Assembly (NCBI GenBank): GCA_046570105.1 | Contig: JBKHVI010000001.1 | Coordinates: forward strand, 96,001 to 160,000 | Reading direction: 5' to 3' | Source of the DNA: Bacteriovoracia bacterium | GTDB lineage: Bacteria; Bdellovibrionota; Bacteriovoracia; Bacteriovoracales; Bacteriovoracaceae | DNA length: 64,000 nt | Shown: positions 20,203 to 30,142 of the stretch, one piece after another | How the letters are laid out: every line of letters begins with the position of its first letter | Numbering within the stretch: the stretch's first letter is position 1 | Notes under the pieces: model-generated | Seen by the model: the letters and a program-made list of their open reading frames with translations, nothing else | Told to the model about the DNA's origin: nothing | The model's database searches: none | Position numbers and translations under genes: made by a program

Positions 20203-21366
20203 TTACTCTTCTTCAGCGATGGCAGATCCAGTAACACTGTATTTACATGAAATACTTTCAGTACCATTTACGATATAGGGATCTTGTTCCGTACCTTGCT
20301 GGTCATAAGTTGTCACAAAATCTCTATATGCAGCGGTGTACGTTCCTGACAATTCCCCGTCTTCATAATTTAGCACTAGATCTTGTGATTCACGATAAGT
20401 GACGTCAGTTGAAGAAAGATACCATTCACCAGTCCAAGCCTCAGTAGCGACTCCGGCGGGAAGTTCAATAGACTCTTGGTCAGTAATTCTTAGTGTGTTG
20501 CTAGAAATCAAACGAGGCAACATATCTAGAGTGCCAGTTCCACAATTTTCATACTGCATGTCGCAGTCTACAAAGGTTCCATCCATATTCAAGGTTGGTC
20601 TTGCTGCGATTTCATCAAACTCTGCGTAATTTGTAAGATCAATAAAGTATGTATCAGCTGAACCTGGCTTAGTAATCTCTCCTGAAGCTGCTATATATTG
20701 GTAGCAATAATCGGTAGAACCTGATGTTAAAGTACCGAATATTTTGATTCGGTTCTCACCTGTTTGTACATTAGCGTTCGTAGCAATTGTATTAAGAACT
20801 GTTTTAAGCTCATTAGAAAGAGAACTATTTAAAGTGATGAAGCGATTAATATGAGCTTCTGCATCTAACGCTGAAACAACTGTTAATTTATCCAACTTTG
20901 TAGGATCTGCTATAATTGCATCAAAAGTTTCTGCCGACAGATCATCTGTAAATGAACTTATATCCAAAACTGCATCATCGTCGAGATCAGCCGGATCTCC
21001 AGCTTCTGGCAACGCAATAGTTAAGAGGATACGCGAGACTTTAACTTTATCAGCTGGAGAAATGTCTAACTCGCTTAGAAATACTTTATCTCCACAAGAC
21101 GCAGAGCCTATGGTCAGACCATTGATCAAAAACTCAATTGCTTCACCACGAACGCAGCTAAACTTACCACCGTTTGCTGTCGTATCAGTTGAACCATCCG
21201 CATATTTAACTGTGAGTCCATTCACTGGAGCATCAATAAACTGCGCAGAGATTGAACTAAAAACACTTCCATCACTGCTACCACCACCGCCACTTGAACC
21301 ACCACCGCCTCCGCAAGCAACTGCTAACATGAGTGAAGGCAAAACTGCATAATTAAGAAATCTCAT
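20203..21366 (-). CDS. Acidic surface lipoprotein, hypothetical
   Basis: Lipobox AVAC, Gly/Ser linker, FIDAPVNGL motif. Confidence 0.75.
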   Translation of the reverse strand: MRFLNYAVLPSLMLAVACGGGGGSSGGGGSSDGSVFSSISAQFIDAPVNGLTVKYADGSTDTTANGGKFSCVRGEAIEFLINGLTIGSASCGDKVFLSELDISPADKVKVSRILLTIALPEAGDPADLDDDAVLDISSFTDDLSAETFDAIIADPTKLDKLTVVSALDAEAHINRFITLNSSLSNELKTVLNTIATNANVQTGENRIKIFGTLTSGSTDYCYQYIAASGEITKPGSADTYFIDLTNYAEFDEIAARPTLNMDGTFVDCDMQYENCGTGTLDMLPRLISSNTLRITDQESIELPAGVATEAWTGEWYLSSTDVTYRESQDLVLNYEDGELSGTYTAAYRDFVTTYDQQGTEQDPYIVNGTESISCKYSVTGSAIAEEE

Positions 21367-21630
21367 CCATTCTCCTTGGTTTTACTTGCTATAAGTATAT
21401 GTGAATCCATTTTAATCTCAAGTTAAGAATTTCATCGATATAGGAAGAGTTTGATTTTTAAACAAATTCAGAGACTTAATTTTTGTGAATTTGAATTTCG
21501 AATTTGTTCTGGCCATAGTTTTAAATTTTCAATCCCTGACTGTTTTAGTTTGAACTTCAAAAAATAGCTTGGATTGCTTCCAATAACGTTTCTTGATGAC
21601 TTCACTTTTTGTATTTCCTAGTATTTTCCG

Positions 21631-22107
21631 ATGAGATTTCTTTGTATTTTATTTTTGATTTTCGCATCAAAAAGTTTCGCCAACATCATCGCTGCCACCG
21701 GCGTCTCCGCTGTCACTGAAGGACGTGTGATTCCGATTCTCTACGTGGGATACGATGCGCCTGATTTTGCGGCCACCATCAGCTCGGTGGGCGTAGCAAA
21801 CGATGTGTACTACCAATCGGCTTATCAGTTAGGAATTTTTCGTCAAACTGATTTAGAGAATTTTTTGTGGGGCAAAACTCGAGCAGGCATGGGCCTCGGT
21901 GTCCATTACGCTGAGAGAGGGCTTGAGCAATACGATAAAACCGAAAAGGTCACTGATTTCTCCATGGGCCCCAGCATTCGCGTGACCTGGGAAGTTCTGC
22001 CTTATGTCGTTCTTGGAGTTGAATCATTCGTTGGGATTGGAAGCGCCGACATCATCATTCTCTCTACTCAGCAAATCAGTACTCTGTTTTTGGGAGTGAG
22101 ATTTTGA
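21631..22107 (+). CDS. Small outer-membrane beta-barrel-like protein
   Basis: Signal peptide; amphipathic strands; ends LGVRF. Confidence 0.6.
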   Translation: MRFLCILFLIFASKSFANIIAATGVSAVTEGRVIPILYVGYDAPDFAATISSVGVANDVYYQSAYQLGIFRQTDLENFLWGKTRAGMGLGVHYAERGLEQYDKTEKVTDFSMGPSIRVTWEVLPYVVLGVESFVGIGSADIIILSTQQISTLFLGVRF

Positions 22108-22487
22108 AAAAAATTATCTTCACCATTCTAGTCATCCTATTTTTCACAAAACCTTCATACTCTGCAGTCGATGAGAAGATTGGTCACCTCTACGTCGCTG
22201 GGGGACCGGGCCTCATCAGCCTTGGCAGTTTACGAGTCGGAGTGCGGAGCTGGGAGTTCGGTCTCCTTAATCGAAATGGTATCGGCCTCGCGAAGCTGTT
22301 TTACAAAGGCAATGTCTACGCAGGTTTTGGTCCAGCCTACGTGAATGGCCTAGGATTTTACGGCGCCATGGGCTTCGAATGGCCCTTCTGGGCGATCTTT
22401 TCATTTCGCTCAGAAATTAATACCGTACAGAGTTTTAATAATTATTCGGAAGGCGGCATCTTGGCCGGCTTCACGATCTATCTCTAG
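22104..22487 (+). CDS. Small exported beta-strand protein
   Basis: Signal peptide; Gly/aromatic-rich; overlaps the previous stop. Confidence 0.55.
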   Translation: MKKIIFTILVILFFTKPSYSAVDEKIGHLYVAGGPGLISLGSLRVGVRSWEFGLLNRNGIGLAKLFYKGNVYAGFGPAYVNGLGFYGAMGFEWPFWAIFSFRSEINTVQSFNNYSEGGILAGFTIYL

Positions 22488-22493
22488 GAGATT

Positions 22494-23180
22494 TTGATGT
22501 ATCGAATAATTCTCATCATTTTCTTTCTTCTTATGATGTCTGGCTTTCGCCTCCTATCTTCAGACAAATGGAACAATAAAGAATCCTCACCTACCCTATG
22601 GGTAAAAGTATGCGACGACATGATTGATGCTGAAATCGATGATAATGATTTATCAACTAATGATGCTCTCTACGGACGTAATCTCGACGTAAGAGCGGTC
22701 GTTCAAAGTATTATCCGTGATATAAATAAAGTTGATAAATCTTGGATTCGCTTAGCTCTCTACCCAGCTGACCCACAAAACCCTGGAGCTCCTGCAACGG
22801 GAGACGACACATTCACTATCGCATTAGCAGAGAATCGTACCATTGAGATTTGTGAGAACTCGCCAACAAATCCTTTCCAAGGTGGAGAAGCAAGGCCTGA
22901 AGTTGAAGGAAGTGAGGTCATTGGCTGCAAAATTCAAATGAATCGCAAATCCAGAAAAAAAGCACGCGGTTTTACTGGAACCTTGACCCATGAAATAGGT
23001 CATTGTCTGGGTCTGGATCATCCACAAGAAACTCGTCACGCAATTATGTCTTACTTTCACTCTGAGAAACAGTATCGCTTAATGATTGATGACAAGATGG
23101 GATTGATTCATCTTTACCCAGAAGATGGAATCTCATTAAAAGAAAAACCAAACCTAGGGCTTAAGTGCTCTAAGGACTAG
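22494..23180 (+). CDS. Matrixin-like (M10) secreted zinc metalloprotease
   Basis: HEIGHCLGLDH and Met-turn AIMSY. Confidence 0.85.
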   Translation: MMYRIILIIFFLLMMSGFRLLSSDKWNNKESSPTLWVKVCDDMIDAEIDDNDLSTNDALYGRNLDVRAVVQSIIRDINKVDKSWIRLALYPADPQNPGAPATGDDTFTIALAENRTIEICENSPTNPFQGGEARPEVEGSEVIGCKIQMNRKSRKKARGFTGTLTHEIGHCLGLDHPQETRHAIMSYFHSEKQYRLMIDDKMGLIHLYPEDGISLKEKPNLGLKCSKD

Positions 23181-23184
23181 GGTA

Positions 23185-23847
23185 TTAGGACGCCTCGACT
23201 AACTCTACTACTCCGTCTCGTAAAACTTGAATACGAACTCCTGCGCTCGCAAGTTTTGCGCGAAGATTTGAAAGATGACTATTGAGAGTTTTATCCGACA
23301 CGTTTATTTCGCCCCAGATTTTTTGAAAGATAGTGCTCTTGTGGGTTTTATTTTGAGAACATCGCAAAAGGTGCGCCAAAATTTTAAGTTCCTTCAGAGT
23401 AACATCAATCAATTCATCCCCCGAACGAACTTCCATCATTTGCAAATCGACTAACAAATTACCGAGACGCAATTTCGTTTTTTTGAAATTCTGGATACAG
23501 TTCTCAACTCGTAACTTAAATTCTGCAGGCCCCATAGATTTAGAAACAAATTCGGCCCCCGTCTCCACCATGGCTTCTTTTAGCGTTTCTGGTGACACAT
23601 CAAAAGAAACAAAAATGACGGGTACATCTTTGGTATTTTCAGCATTCATTAATTCTTTTGAAACACTGAAACCGCAGGATTCAACTAAATGAATATCAAT
23701 CAAATAGGCATCGAGTTTTTTAGATTTACAACAATCTATAAACTCTTCTTTAACCGTATAAGTCTCAAGATTGAAATTTGCACCTAACTTAAAAGCTACG
23801 ACAGCAAAATTTGATTCCTGATCATCGAGATATGCAACGTGATACAT
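23185..23847 (-). CDS. OmpR-family response regulator
   Basis: Receiver (LDD, LIDI) plus winged helix (TLKELKIL...IWG...TLNSHLSNLRAKL). Confidence 0.85.
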   Translation of the reverse strand: MYHVAYLDDQESNFAVVAFKLGANFNLETYTVKEEFIDCCKSKKLDAYLIDIHLVESCGFSVSKELMNAENTKDVPVIFVSFDVSPETLKEAMVETGAEFVSKSMGPAEFKLRVENCIQNFKKTKLRLGNLLVDLQMMEVRSGDELIDVTLKELKILAHLLRCSQNKTHKSTIFQKIWGEINVSDKTLNSHLSNLRAKLASAGVRIQVLRDGVVELVEAS

Positions 23848-23943
23848 TAAAGAAAATTCCTAATGAAATAAGCTATCTAGGATTTTAACCAAAAATTTTA
23901 GGATTTTGAGACAAGATTTCTGGGCAGAGACGCCAGGCAGCAA

Positions 23944-24720
23944 TCACTTCTCCCAGAAGAATTGCTCCGTGACCCACAACTTACGCTGCTCCTCAGTAAT
24001 TATTCGCCCCCAGCGCATCTTTAGAAGAACTGCCTTGATTCGAGAACGAGCAAAGCGGGTCAATTTCCTTTTCTGAAACGACACATAATAGCGCTTGGGT
24101 GACGGCAGCAACATGGCCAAAAACGCAGCCTCTCTTGGATTAAGTGCAGAAGGATGTTTTTTGAAATAGTGATAACTGGCATTTCGAATTCCATAAATTT
24201 TTGGACCAAATTCAACAATGTTAAAATACGTTTCTAAGATTTTTTTCTTAGGAACAGTCTTCTCCATTTTTTGAGTCAAAATCATTTCATGAATTTTTCG
24301 AATAATACTTCGACTTGAAGAAAGAAAAACATTTTTCACAACTTGTTGAGAAATTGTGCTGGCGCCTCTTACAAGTCGACGTTCCTTCACACTCTCATTA
24401 ATCGCTTTTTTTAGTTCGTCGTAATCGACTCCCTGATGGTCGTAGAATCCCCAATCCTCAGATAATATGATGGCCCATTTTCCGTAAGAGGAAATTTGAT
24501 CTAGCCTTACCCAGTATGCAGGGGCCTTAGGCCGAAATTCATACTCAACTTTCTCATCAATATTTTTTGGAATGATCACATGAGGCCACTCGCTATTCAT
24601 GCGAGAAACATCGTCAGAAAAATACATATAAACAGGCATAACCAAGGCAACAAATAGGAAGAGCCCCAAAGCAATGGGGAGTCTTCTTAACCAAGGTTTT
24701 TTACGCTTTTTTCGTGCCAT
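23944..24720 (-). CDS. mtgA: Monofunctional peptidoglycan transglycosylase
   Basis: SED..FYDHQGVD, RGASTISQQVVKN, RKIHE, YFNIVEFG, LPSP. Confidence 0.9.
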   Translation of the reverse strand: MARKKRKKPWLRRLPIALGLFLFVALVMPVYMYFSDDVSRMNSEWPHVIIPKNIDEKVEYEFRPKAPAYWVRLDQISSYGKWAIILSEDWGFYDHQGVDYDELKKAINESVKERRLVRGASTISQQVVKNVFLSSSRSIIRKIHEMILTQKMEKTVPKKKILETYFNIVEFGPKIYGIRNASYHYFKKHPSALNPREAAFLAMLLPSPKRYYVSFQKRKLTRFARSRIKAVLLKMRWGRIITEEQRKLWVTEQFFWEK

Positions 24721-24797
24721 AAGGCCTTAATTTACAACATTTTAGCCACTTAGGGGAGCACTCAAGACAAATATTCGAAATTCCGAAAAGTTAGGCT

Positions 24798-25217
24798 GTG
24801 AAACCTTATGTCGGGCTCCTCTGCGCCCTAATAGCAGGCTGTCATCAAACTCACCCATTGAAGGGGATAAAGGACATTCGTCCCGGCAGCACTTCTTTGC
24901 AGGAAGCCTTATTAATACTCGAAGATCCAGAGCGGGTGATGAATAACGAAACTCAACCCGGAACACAGATCTTTCATTGGGAAGAGTTCTCTCTACAAAT
25001 TGACCATAAAATTGTTGAAGCGATCTTTCGAAATCCAACGGCCAATGAAACCTCATTTCTCTATTGGCGACATGCTTACCGACAAAACCACACTCAATTA
25101 AAAAAAATCAAAAATACAAGTCATTGGCAATTCACAGTCCCTCAAGCTGGTCTTGCTGTCATCTATGATGAAGAACTTGATCTTGTGACAAAGGTTGTAC
25201 GTTATGAAGCACCCTAA
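24798..25217 (+). CDS. Hypothetical lipoprotein
   Basis: Lipobox IAGC. Confidence 0.6.
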   Translation: MKPYVGLLCALIAGCHQTHPLKGIKDIRPGSTSLQEALLILEDPERVMNNETQPGTQIFHWEEFSLQIDHKIVEAIFRNPTANETSFLYWRHAYRQNHTQLKKIKNTSHWQFTVPQAGLAVIYDEELDLVTKVVRYEAP

Positions 25218-27567
25218 TCAGTGGCTGAGACTCGCAACCGTTTTATGGAAGTTTAATTGGAGAAAAAATCCAAACTTAAAATTCATAACTTTCTTTGCTG
25301 CTGCCATATTGTTGTTCAGTGCTCTCAAGCATTTTGATCACCCATCTTCCAAAAAAACGTCGTGGCATACCACTTATTGGCAATTACCACATATAGATTC
25401 TGCTCGAATGCCTGCTTCAGGAGAAGAGTGTTCACCAAATACTCCCAAGCTAGATGATCTTCAAAGAGAAAATAAAAAGCTAAATCATCTTAAGAGCCAT
25501 TCTATAAAAGGTTTTTGGCTGCATTTTAATTTAGCAAAATTAAGTTTTGCTGAGGCACGCTTTCTTTCATTTTTCCCTGCTGCTCCTCTCCTTCCAGTAG
25601 CGCAACAACTCAAGACTTGCGTCGACATCCCTTGTCTCTTTAATCAGCTATCGCAAGATCAAAGTGGTGAATACGGAGAGCTGGCATGGAACTTCTATCT
25701 TAAAACAGGCATCGCACTTCAATGGAAAGACGGCGAAAACTCATTTAATAAAAATGAACTGCAACTTCTGTGGCAACTAGCTTCGCAACTACCCACTTCA
25801 TTCTTGCATCAAACAAAATTAAGACAGCTGAGTAAGTCTCCGCTGCGCGAAGGGGTTTGCTTCAATACGCACAACTCTGTGGTCGAATTATCGACTCAGT
25901 GTTTAACTCTTGAATCAACGGCAGTAGAGACAAAGAAGATTATTGTCGCTGGCATGGCCGATGCTCTTTATTCTCAACTAAAAATGCCTGAACAATCTCA
26001 GTTCTCTTGGCAAAAGAATACTTGGAAAGAATTGACTCAAGATCGAAAGGCTTTTGCTCAACAAGTAGCTCAGTATATCGTTCAATTTGAAGCCGCTCCG
26101 GAATTGCATTCCTACTTTAAAGAAACACTTTTTAAACGTGATTGGTCTCTCGCCGGAGAGATGCATCGAATGTTCAAAAAAGATCAGTGGCTTTGGCGAG
26201 ACATAAAAAATCGTCATCTTAACGACTGCCTAGATTTACACAAGTCCGCTCTGTTTGAAAAAAAATCACCAAGAGGCATTGCCTCATTATCAGAGCCACA
26301 TCCAATAGCTGTTTGCTTGAGAGAAACTGCGCAACAAGATTTTTTAAAAAACAGACGCCAATGGTTAAGCCAAGAGAATCCACGTCACTGTGAGTGGCTA
26401 AGTTCTTTGCCTTCGGGAGCTGTACCAGTCGATGAATACATCCATCATTGGGAAAAATTACTGACGAGAGATATAGATCAACTTGAATGGCGCTTGAGAG
26501 CAGAAGGGCCTTCGTGGCTGGCACAGCATATCAAAAAAGAAGTTGTACTCGCAAAAATGGATCCCACTTGGGTTTATTTTCAATGTCATGCTTCACAAAA
26601 TCCCAAGGGATGTTACGAGCAAGGACTCACTAATCTTGTGCGAGAGCAGGAGCGTGGCCCTGCTTCAGAAAAAGAAGAATGGCTTAACGACTATCCATTT
26701 GAATCACTCGAAGAAAGAGTGAACGAGGATGTAGGTATAAAGCGTCAGTGGTTTTTAAGTCACATTGAAGAGGACGCAGAAAAGGCTTGGAGTCATTGTT
26801 GGCGGCAAGGGCCAAATGAGATGGTACTTTTAAAATCATCTCCACAATGGATTAGCTCAGGCGCTGAATATGTCGATGGGAAATTCGCTACTTGCTTGGA
26901 AAATGCTTCCGCAAGACTTGTGAGTCAGATTATTAAAGATAATTCACCCGAGTCGCTATTTTGGCTAAAAGAGCTCAAATCACCACTAAAAGACTGGTGG
27001 AAAAAGAAAATTCAAACCGAAGCAAATAAAGAACGCTCATGGCTTCTGCAGCAATCTGAACTAATTAAATCTAATCTTTCACAAGACTTGCTAAGTCAGT
27101 TGAAAGGTCACCAGAATTTTAGCGTCAACGCTCAATGCTTAAATCGCTTATCTTATCATTATCCTACTCGCATGTACTTCCACGAGCGTCGACAACTCAA
27201 TCAAAATTTTGGTGTGCGACTTTGTAAAGAAGTACTCGCAACGGTTTCTATGAAGAAAGCGGTTGGCTCTTATAAAAAAATGCGATGGAACAACTTCGGA
27301 AGCGAATTAACCACACAGTTGCTTACTCGCTGGGAAGATCGTACGCGACGTTTTTGTTTTGGTCGAATTCCTGCACAAGAGATAAGAGATCTCATCGAGA
27401 CGGAAAAGATGAAAGGATGCATGAGAGAGCAATTCGATCTCTCTAGGCCGGAAGCCTCAACAGAAGTCACACAAAAGTTTTCGCTACCAGAGGACAGTCT
27501 TGATGAATTCAAAGACGAAGTCATCACCATAGCTGAAGCCTCACTTTTAGACCAATTACAGAAATGA
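25204..27567 (+). CDS. Large hypothetical Cys/Trp-rich exported protein
   Basis: ~787-aa ORF with N-terminal TM; overlaps both neighbouring genes. Confidence 0.7.
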   Translation: MKHPNQWLRLATVLWKFNWRKNPNLKFITFFAAAILLFSALKHFDHPSSKKTSWHTTYWQLPHIDSARMPASGEECSPNTPKLDDLQRENKKLNHLKSHSIKGFWLHFNLAKLSFAEARFLSFFPAAPLLPVAQQLKTCVDIPCLFNQLSQDQSGEYGELAWNFYLKTGIALQWKDGENSFNKNELQLLWQLASQLPTSFLHQTKLRQLSKSPLREGVCFNTHNSVVELSTQCLTLESTAVETKKIIVAGMADALYSQLKMPEQSQFSWQKNTWKELTQDRKAFAQQVAQYIVQFEAAPELHSYFKETLFKRDWSLAGEMHRMFKKDQWLWRDIKNRHLNDCLDLHKSALFEKKSPRGIASLSEPHPIAVCLRETAQQDFLKNRRQWLSQENPRHCEWLSSLPSGAVPVDEYIHHWEKLLTRDIDQLEWRLRAEGPSWLAQHIKKEVVLAKMDPTWVYFQCHASQNPKGCYEQGLTNLVREQERGPASEKEEWLNDYPFESLEERVNEDVGIKRQWFLSHIEEDAEKAWSHCWRQGPNEMVLLKSSPQWISSGAEYVDGKFATCLENASARLVSQIIKDNSPESLFWLKELKSPLKDWWKKKIQTEANKERSWLLQQSELIKSNLSQDLLSQLKGHQNFSVNAQCLNRLSYHYPTRMYFHERRQLNQNFGVRLCKEVLATVSMKKAVGSYKKMRWNNFGSELTTQLLTRWEDRTRRFCFGRIPAQEIRDLIETEKMKGCMREQFDLSRPEASTEVTQKFSLPEDSLDEFKDEVITIAEASLLDQLQK

Positions 27568-28673
27568 GTGGCTGCACCTATTTTGATAAAAACTTATGCC
27601 GCTCATGCTCTGAAATGGATAAAGATCCAACAGAGTTGCTTACTCAAAAAAATATCCTGCTCCAGAATATTTTCAATATCGAGCCTGAAATTTCATCACA
27701 AGGTTCTCTTTGGGGATTTCGTGACAAAATCAAGCTCAATGTTGGGGGAACACTTGAGGCTCCCCTTATTGGACTTCTTTCAGTTGATCTAAAAAATGTA
27801 GCAGAACTTCCTCTTTGCCCTGTTCAAGCAACAACCTTGAATGAATCAATCGCTCCATTAAAAGATTTCATTACACGCTGGAAACTCACACCTTACGATA
27901 TCAATTCACGCAAGGGCGAACTCAAAGGATTAATCCTTAGCTGGTCCCCCACGACAAAACAGAAAATGATTCGCTTTGTATTACGCTCGAAAGAAGCGCT
28001 CGATCGAATTCGACTCGGACTTTCGGAGTTAGGTGAGTTCAATGTCGTTTCAGTTAACATTCAACCCATTCCTCATGCTCTCCTTGAGGGTGAAGAAGAA
28101 ATTGTGCTCTCAACGGCTCAAACTCTTATTCATCAGAGTGGCGACATTCGTTTATCTTTTTCTCCGCAAAGTTTTATGCAAACTAATTCTGCTGTCGCCA
28201 CACAACTTTATCAAACTGCCACAGAATGGCTTTCACCGTGGAAGAACAATCCCGTGCTTGATTTGTTCTGTGGAGCTGGTGGCTTTGCTCTACATCTCGC
28301 GAGCAAGGGACATCATGTTTTAGGTATTGAAATTAATGCTTCGGCGATCAAAGAGGCTCAACGCATGGCCCATGAACTGAAACTATCAGCGCAATTTAAA
28401 GCGGCCGCAGTTGCAAGAATTGAGCACGAATGGACCACATTTGTTCCTCAAGTTGTCCTCGTGAATCCGCCCCGTCGCGGCTTGGGAGAGGCCCTTGACC
28501 TCGTTATGCGCCAACGGCCGGCCATTCTCCTCTACTCCAGTTGTTCATATGAGAGCCTGGCTGCAGATTTTTCGATATTAAAAACTCATTATGACGCAAT
28601 TCGCACAAAAATCTTCGACATGTTCCCTTTCACTAATCATTTTGAGAGCTTAACCCTGCTGGTCCGACGATAG
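27564..28673 (+). CDS. rlmC: 23S rRNA m5U methyltransferase (RlmC type)
   Basis: N-terminal Cys cluster, SFMQTN, DLFCGAG, VNPPRRG, YSSC, DMFPFTNHFE. Confidence 0.85.
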   Translation: MSGCTYFDKNLCRSCSEMDKDPTELLTQKNILLQNIFNIEPEISSQGSLWGFRDKIKLNVGGTLEAPLIGLLSVDLKNVAELPLCPVQATTLNESIAPLKDFITRWKLTPYDINSRKGELKGLILSWSPTTKQKMIRFVLRSKEALDRIRLGLSELGEFNVVSVNIQPIPHALLEGEEEIVLSTAQTLIHQSGDIRLSFSPQSFMQTNSAVATQLYQTATEWLSPWKNNPVLDLFCGAGGFALHLASKGHHVLGIEINASAIKEAQRMAHELKLSAQFKAAAVARIEHEWTTFVPQVVLVNPPRRGLGEALDLVMRQRPAILLYSSCSYESLAADFSILKTHYDAIRTKIFDMFPFTNHFESLTLLVRR

Positions 28674-28698
28674 GGACTACATAGGGGCGCAAATACCA

Positions 28699-28725
28699 TA
28701 AATTTTATTTTGAGTGGTCCGATGA
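28699..28725 (+). promoter_or_regulatory. Sigma28/FliA-like promoter
   Basis: TAAA-N15-TCCGATGA upstream of the small ORF at 28790. Confidence 0.45.
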
Positions 28726-28789
28726 GATTTATCATTATTGTTTGATATATCAAACAATAGTATCATATCATCAACACAGGAGGGCTTTC

Positions 28790-28978
28790 ATGATGATCCA
28801 CCATTCAATCCAACTTCTCAGAGAACTCCATGAACTCGAAAACGAGATCAAACTTTGGGAGGATCTTACTCGTCGAATGGGTCTTGAGATTGACTCAAGG
28901 GCCATTTTGCACCTCTTACTCTCCAATAAAATGAAAAATAATCACACGACTTTGACGGACACTAAGATAGTTTCCTAG
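28790..28978 (+). CDS. Small hypothetical protein (62 aa)
   Basis: AGGAGG RBS before ATG 28790. Confidence 0.55.
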   Translation: MMIHHSIQLLRELHELENEIKLWEDLTRRMGLEIDSRAILHLLLSNKMKNNHTTLTDTKIVS

Positions 28979-29013
28979 GATGCCATGTGTATCTATCAAT
29001 TATGGAGGACTTC

Positions 29014-29421
29014 ATGAAAGCACTTCTCGCTTCTTTGCTCCTTGTTGCTGTTGCCCTACCGGCCATGGCCCAAGTAGTGATTCGTCGCCCGATTCCAATC
29101 CCACCACACTATCCATACCCAGGTGACCCTTGGCGTGATCCTTGGCGCCAACCTATGCCACCACAAGACTTCTGCTACGGTGATCGTTTTGATCGCGTTT
29201 CCGAACTCACTCGTGAAGCAGCTATCGTTCGTCTAGACCGCTTTGAAGTAGAAAAAGCTGTTGAGTGCTCACTCACTTCTTCTGGCCTTGATACTGCTTC
29301 TGGCAAATGTTACGAAGCTAACGGCGACTTGTTCGCTCGCTTGAACATGTCATTTGTTGTGAACTGCAATACACGCAGTGGTTCTTCAAGACTCCGCAAA
29401 ACAACGATTAAGTACTACTAG
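29014..29421 (+). CDS. Secreted hypothetical protein with Pro-rich N-terminus
   Basis: GGAGG RBS; signal peptide ending AMA; four Cys. Confidence 0.75.
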   Translation: MKALLASLLLVAVALPAMAQVVIRRPIPIPPHYPYPGDPWRDPWRQPMPPQDFCYGDRFDRVSELTREAAIVRLDRFEVEKAVECSLTSSGLDTASGKCYEANGDLFARLNMSFVVNCNTRSGSSRLRKTTIKYY

Positions 29422-29450
29422 TACAAGTCTTAATTGTTGCTCCTTGTTTC

Positions 29451-29479
29451 GGCCAAAAGGTGTCACTCACCTTTTGGCC
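29451..29479. repeat. REP-like perfect palindrome overlapping the RAYT stop codon
   Basis: GGCCAAAAGGTG-TCACT-CACCTTTTGGCC. Confidence 0.75.
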
Positions 29480-30089
29480 TTTTTAATGTCTCGAACAGTT
29501 TAATTTTCTTTTTATTAATATCAAACTGCCAACGTCTCAGCCCCTTGCGAATAATCGCTTCACCTTCATTTTCAATTCTCTCATTCAGCCACAGCAACTC
29601 GGCTGCCTCTCCACCTAACTCCATATTCACTCGACTATGTAATGGAAACGGCACTCGCGAAGTGAGTGTTGAATAAGGATAGAATTCCACTCTTTCAACC
29701 ATCCGCGCACGTAATGGATTTTGGTAAATATAGCGATAGACTTGATAATAATAAGCCTGATTCTCAATCAAGCTCCATTTATAGCGTCCTCCCCACAAAT
29801 GATTTGTTCCATCAGCCTTTCTCATAATTTTCACGGCCGTATTTCGCATCAATAGATGCATCACCTGATCTAGATTACATCGCGGCGTTTGAACCAACAG
29901 ATGGAAGTGATTATCCATCAAGACAAATGCATGAATACAAATCCCAAAGCGCTCTTGAACATTTTTAAGTTCATCGACAAAAATTTTCCAAACCTCGTTC
30001 ATCTCAATCGGATAGAACTGCTTGTCATTCGTTCGAGCTGTTACGTGGTAGGTATGAATATCACTGCGAATCAAAGCATTTCTCGGCAT
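29463..30089 (-). mobile_element. REP-associated tyrosine transposase (RAYT/TnpA-REP, Y1 HUH family)
   Basis: MPR start, YHVTAR, LMDNHFHLL (HUH), YIYQNPLRA (catalytic Tyr), YPYST; AAGGAG RBS. Confidence 0.9.
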
Positions 30090-30142
30090 AATTACTCCTT
30101 GTAACCCGTTACCTCTTGGCGCTTTTTTGCAGCACCAAGCGG

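Noticed and set aside
30116..30131. Sigma54 promoter TTGGCGCTTTTTTGCA
   Set aside because: GG-to-GC spacing is 9, not 10, and it lies within a hairpin.
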